A stretch of 62,868 nucleotides of DNA, the filler included, from an uncultured Acidimicrobiales bacterium (lineage in GTDB: Bacteria; Actinomycetota; Acidimicrobiia; Acidimicrobiales; UBA10347), in the NCBI GenBank assembly GCA_943788915.1. It is 2 parts of 2 records of this genome, joined end to end, with 100 filler letters (N's around TTAATTAATTAA, not from the genome) between each part and the next. Parts side by side here need not be neighbours in the genome. Positions count along the whole stretch, not along the records: positions 32,063 to 62,868 come from CALSSD010000028.1; 1 more part is not named here. One strand, written 5' to 3'. The notes beneath the pieces are model-generated. The model ran no database searches. It was not told where the DNA came from and saw nothing but the letters and a program-made list of their open reading frames with translations. How positions within the stretch are numbered: the first letter of the stretch is position 1; each line of letters opens with the position of its first letter. Positions 59,760-62,868 of the stretch are shown piece after piece. The translations under genes and the position numbers were made by a program.

Positions 59760-60941
59760 ATGAAATATCGAGTTTTGCCTCCTGTGATGCTTGGGTTAGC
59801 TCTCGTGGCTATCGCATGCGGAGGGGGCAGCGGCGAGTCGCCCGACACCACGTCACGGGTGCGGGCCAATGCTCAGAACGAGCCCGTTGTCAGGGCAGCG
59901 GACCCGACCGCGGCAGCTGAAATAACTGAAGCCCCGGCACCAACAGCTGAGCCTGAACCAGACCCAACGCCGGAACCCGAGGCTGCGCCAACTGTTGCAC
60001 CAACTGTTGCACCAGCTGAGGTGCCCTCGTCGGAATCGGCGAACACCACGGGTCCGTTGAGCAGCGGGTGTGGTGCAGGCGTAGCGTCTGGAACCACCAC
60101 GGTCAGGTTCAACTTCGAAGGACAAGAGCGGGTGTACGAGCAGGTCGTGCCTGTCGGCTATGACGACTCGACACGTTTGCCTGTTGTGTTGAACTGGCAT
60201 GGTTTGGGTTCCAGTGGTGTCGAACAGCTCGCTTTCTCCGACTACACCGCACTGGCCGACGCCGAGGGGTTCATTGTGATCGTTCCAACCGGACTGGAAG
60301 ACGCCACCGGCCTCAACTCGTGGGAACTCGCACCTGAGCAGTTTCCGGACCGCGACGATCTGGCTTTCGCTAACACACTGCTCGACCAGGTGATTGAAAC
60401 GCTTTGTGTCGACGACACTCGGGTGTACACCACTGGAATGTCCAACGGCGGCTACTTCAGCTCGGTGCTGGTATGTGAGATGTCTGACCGCATCGCAGCA
60501 GCAGCTTCGGTCGCAGCCTTGAGCCACGCCGATAGTTGTGACCCGTCCCGGGTGGTTCCCTACATAGGTTTCCATGGCACCAACGACGAGGTTGTGCCCT
60601 ACGACGGCAGTGGCGAATCATCGATGGCACCCGGCCAAACCGTGCCACTGTTTGCACTCAAGATCTTGGATGAGTTCGCCGAGTTTGCCGCTGAAGCAGG
60701 ATGTGACATCGAGCCAAGGGTCGCTCAGCTATCACCACAGGTGACGTCGTTCGACTTCCAGAATTGTGCCGACGATGTGCAGATGACCTTCTATGAGATC
60801 GAAGGCGGTGGCCATAGTTGGCCGGGTTCTGCGGTGTCGTTGGCAGTGTCTGAGGCGATTGGCCTGGGTGCGACTACCGACGAGATCAGCGCGTCGGAAA
60901 CATCGTGGGCCTTCTTCCAGCAGTATTCGCTAGACAACTGA
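59760..60941 (+). CDS. LpqC/PHB-depolymerase-like esterase lipoprotein
   Basis: LNWHGLGS, GMSNGG, FHGTNDEVVPY, GGGHSWPG. Confidence 0.88.
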   Translation: MKYRVLPPVMLGLALVAIACGGGSGESPDTTSRVRANAQNEPVVRAADPTAAAEITEAPAPTAEPEPDPTPEPEAAPTVAPTVAPAEVPSSESANTTGPLSSGCGAGVASGTTTVRFNFEGQERVYEQVVPVGYDDSTRLPVVLNWHGLGSSGVEQLAFSDYTALADAEGFIVIVPTGLEDATGLNSWELAPEQFPDRDDLAFANTLLDQVIETLCVDDTRVYTTGMSNGGYFSSVLVCEMSDRIAAAASVAALSHADSCDPSRVVPYIGFHGTNDEVVPYDGSGESSMAPGQTVPLFALKILDEFAEFAAEAGCDIEPRVAQLSPQVTSFDFQNCADDVQMTFYEIEGGGHSWPGSAVSLAVSEAIGLGATTDEISASETSWAFFQQYSLDN

Positions 60942-61003
60942 CACCACGGCACACCAGGCGGGTGGCTGGTGGAATCCGAAGCGGCACCGTGATTTGGTGA
61001 GCG

Positions 61004-61714
61004 TCAGCTCTCGTTGGTCGAAGAAGCGTTGTCGATCATGGCCTGACTGGCAGCGAGCAGATGGTCCGTCAGTGCGGCTTCGGCGCCGGCGACATCGTGG
61101 TCAGCTATCGCGTTTACCAGGGCGTCGTGGTCGCCAGCAGCGTGTTGCACATCGAGCAGCAAATCCATAAGTTCGGCCATGAGCAACAGCGTCTGGTCGG
61201 CCAGACGTTCCCAGGCTTCGGTCAGGCGTTCATGACCAGCCGTACGCACGACCAGGCGGTGAATGGCGATGTCGGCTTCGGCCCCGGCGCGGCGATCGCT
61301 GGTGCGTTGGGCCTCGGTCAGGCGTTCGACAGCGGCTCGCATCGCAGCGATGTCGTGATCGGTCGCGATCGTTGCTGTGGTAACGATCGCGAGCTTCTCG
61401 AGCGCAAGTCGAAGCGTGTAGATCTCATGGATGTCGGCTGCGGTGAGCGTGGCAACGAAGGTGCCTCGGCGGGGGACCGAGACAACAAGCCCAGACTGTT
61501 CGAGTTCTTTGAAGGCGTCTCGAACCGGCCCCCGGCTGGTGCCGAATCGTTCAGACAACTCGGTTTCGACGAGCCGGTCACCTGGGGCGACGGCGCCGGT
61601 CATAATGAGCTCGCGGATCGCTGCGGTGACGGCGTGGCCGAGGTCGACCGGCATAACGATCAGGGCACTCTCGTCGGGTTCTGTTTGGGTGGGAGAGTGG
61701 TCGGCGAGCGCCAT
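61004..61714 (-). CDS. GntR family regulator (FCD domain)
   Basis: PGDRLVETELSERFGTSRGPVRDA; DIAIHR...DHL. Confidence 0.93.
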   Translation of the reverse strand: MALADHSPTQTEPDESALIVMPVDLGHAVTAAIRELIMTGAVAPGDRLVETELSERFGTSRGPVRDAFKELEQSGLVVSVPRRGTFVATLTAADIHEIYTLRLALEKLAIVTTATIATDHDIAAMRAAVERLTEAQRTSDRRAGAEADIAIHRLVVRTAGHERLTEAWERLADQTLLLMAELMDLLLDVQHAAGDHDALVNAIADHDVAGAEAALTDHLLAASQAMIDNASSTNES

Positions 61715-61737
61715 GCGAAGAACAGTACTCTTTTCCG

Positions 61738-61764
61738 GTTGACGGTCAACTGTTAACAGTTAAC
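61738..61764. promoter_or_regulatory. putative GntR operator: four GTYRAC hexamers with 7-bp period
   Basis: GTTGAC-G-GTCAAC-T-GTTAAC-A-GTTAAC in the 58-nt divergent intergenic region. Confidence 0.65.
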
Positions 61765-61772
61765 CTCGTGCC

Positions 61773-62868
61773 ATGGCAGCAGCATCTACCTCTGATTCGC
61801 AACCGCGCACCGATCGCCCACGCACTGAGCGACAGGGTTTGGCCGTCGGCCAGGAGCTCGACGACTTTGTGATGAACGAGGCGTTGCCAGGTTCCGGCGT
61901 GGATCCCGACGCATTCTGGGCTGGCTTCGCCGGACTGATTGCCGACTTCGCTCCCCGCAATCGTGAACTGCTCGAGAAGCGCGACGAGATCCAGGCCGCC
62001 ATCGACGCCTGGCACAAGGAGCGCGTCGGACAACCACACGACGCAGCTGCCTACCGGGCATTCCTTGAAGAGCTTGGTTACCTGCAACCCGAGGGTCCAG
62101 AGTTCTCTATCGACCCGGCGAACGTCGACCCTGAAATGGCAACTATCGCTGGACCCCAGCTGGTTGTTCCCATCATGAACGCTCGGTACGCCATCAATGC
62201 GGCGAACGCTCGGTGGGGATCGTTGTACGACGCGCTCTACGGCACCGACGCACTTGGTGATCTGCCGCCCGGCGGGCCCTACAACGCGGAACGAGGCGAC
62301 CGAGTTATTGCCTGGGGTCGCATCTTCCTGGACACCGCGGTGCCGCTGGCCGAAGGCTCACACGCCGACGTTGACTCCTACACCGTCGAGGCCGGCCAGA
62401 TGGTTCCGGCGCTCGCCGATCCATCGCAACTTGTTGGTTGGCAAGGGGATCCAAGCGGCCCAGCAACGATCCTGCTGGTCAACAATGGCCTCCATCTGGA
62501 AATCCAGATTGACCCCGACGACAACGTCGGCGCCACCGACGCCGCAGGTGTCAAAGACATCGTGCTCGAAGCAGCCGTCACCGCCATCATGGACTGCGAA
62601 GACTCGGTCGCAGCCGTCGACTCCGAAGACAAGGCGCTGGCCTATCACAACTGGCTCGGCCTGAACCGAGGTGATCTGAGCGAAGAGGTCACCAAGGGCG
62701 ACTCAAGTTTCACCCGTCGTATGAACAACGATCGCCTCTATGCATCACCGGAGGGCGGAAGTTTCATGCTGCCTGGGCGGGCCACCATGCTGGTGCGCAA
62801 CGTTGGTCACCTGATGACCACACCCGCTGTGCTCGACGCCGATGGCAACGAGATCCCCGAGGGTTTAC
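61773..62868 (+). CDS. glcB: malate synthase G, partial (runs off the window; absent from ORF track)
   Basis: Own translation: FAPRNRELLEKRD...IAGPQLVVPIMNARYAINAANARWGSLYDALYGTD...IMDCEDSVAAVD...LVRNVGHLMT. Confidence 0.97.
   Translation, partial: MAAASTSDSQPRTDRPRTERQGLAVGQELDDFVMNEALPGSGVDPDAFWAGFAGLIADFAPRNRELLEKRDEIQAAIDAWHKERVGQPHDAAAYRAFLEELGYLQPEGPEFSIDPANVDPEMATIAGPQLVVPIMNARYAINAANARWGSLYDALYGTDALGDLPPGGPYNAERGDRVIAWGRIFLDTAVPLAEGSHADVDSYTVEAGQMVPALADPSQLVGWQGDPSGPATILLVNNGLHLEIQIDPDDNVGATDAAGVKDIVLEAAVTAIMDCEDSVAAVDSEDKALAYHNWLGLNRGDLSEEVTKGDSSFTRRMNNDRLYASPEGGSFMLPGRATMLVRNVGHLMTTPAVLDADGNEIPEGL

Noticed and set aside
1..62868. CRISPR array, cas, reverse transcriptase or defence genes
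   Set aside because: No regularly spaced repeats or diagnostic motifs seen; the two EEP-family proteins and the HNH protein lack a defence-type context

Overview
High-GC, Actinomycetota-like DNA; gene content suggests Acidimicrobiia (inference). Two contigs are joined by an artificial 100-nt linker (31963-32062). The left part is mostly core or catabolic genes: F420/flavin oxidoreductases, a molybdoenzyme, a thiamine ABC transporter under a TPP riboswitch, and aroQ/aroK. It starts with an IS5-type element inserted into a DNA-alkylation-repair gene and contains several related REP-like palindromes. The right part has four highlights. (1) A hidden ~563-aa selenoprotein of the UGSC type (C-U-G-S-C, in-frame UGA plus a SECIS-like hairpin) among flavin monooxygenase genes; the ORF track splits it into three pieces. 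(2) A lower-GC decayed element beside tRNA-Lys, with a GGDEF-EAL pseudogene and an integrase remnant. (3) A tRNA-Lys/His/Arg cluster. (4) An ~8.4-kb integrase-less island bounded by a 43-bp tRNA-Arg(UCU) direct repeat. The island carries a BlaI/CopY repressor and M56 peptidase with two BlaI-type operators, copC-copD, a multicopper oxidase, TlpA, a truncated ccdA and a lipoprotein of the vanadium-haloperoxidase family. The window ends in gntR and glcB, with a striking operator between them. Five genes carry single +1 insertions in short homopolymers that are probably sequencing errors. No CRISPR array or rRNA was seen. All family assignments are by motif recognition, not database search.
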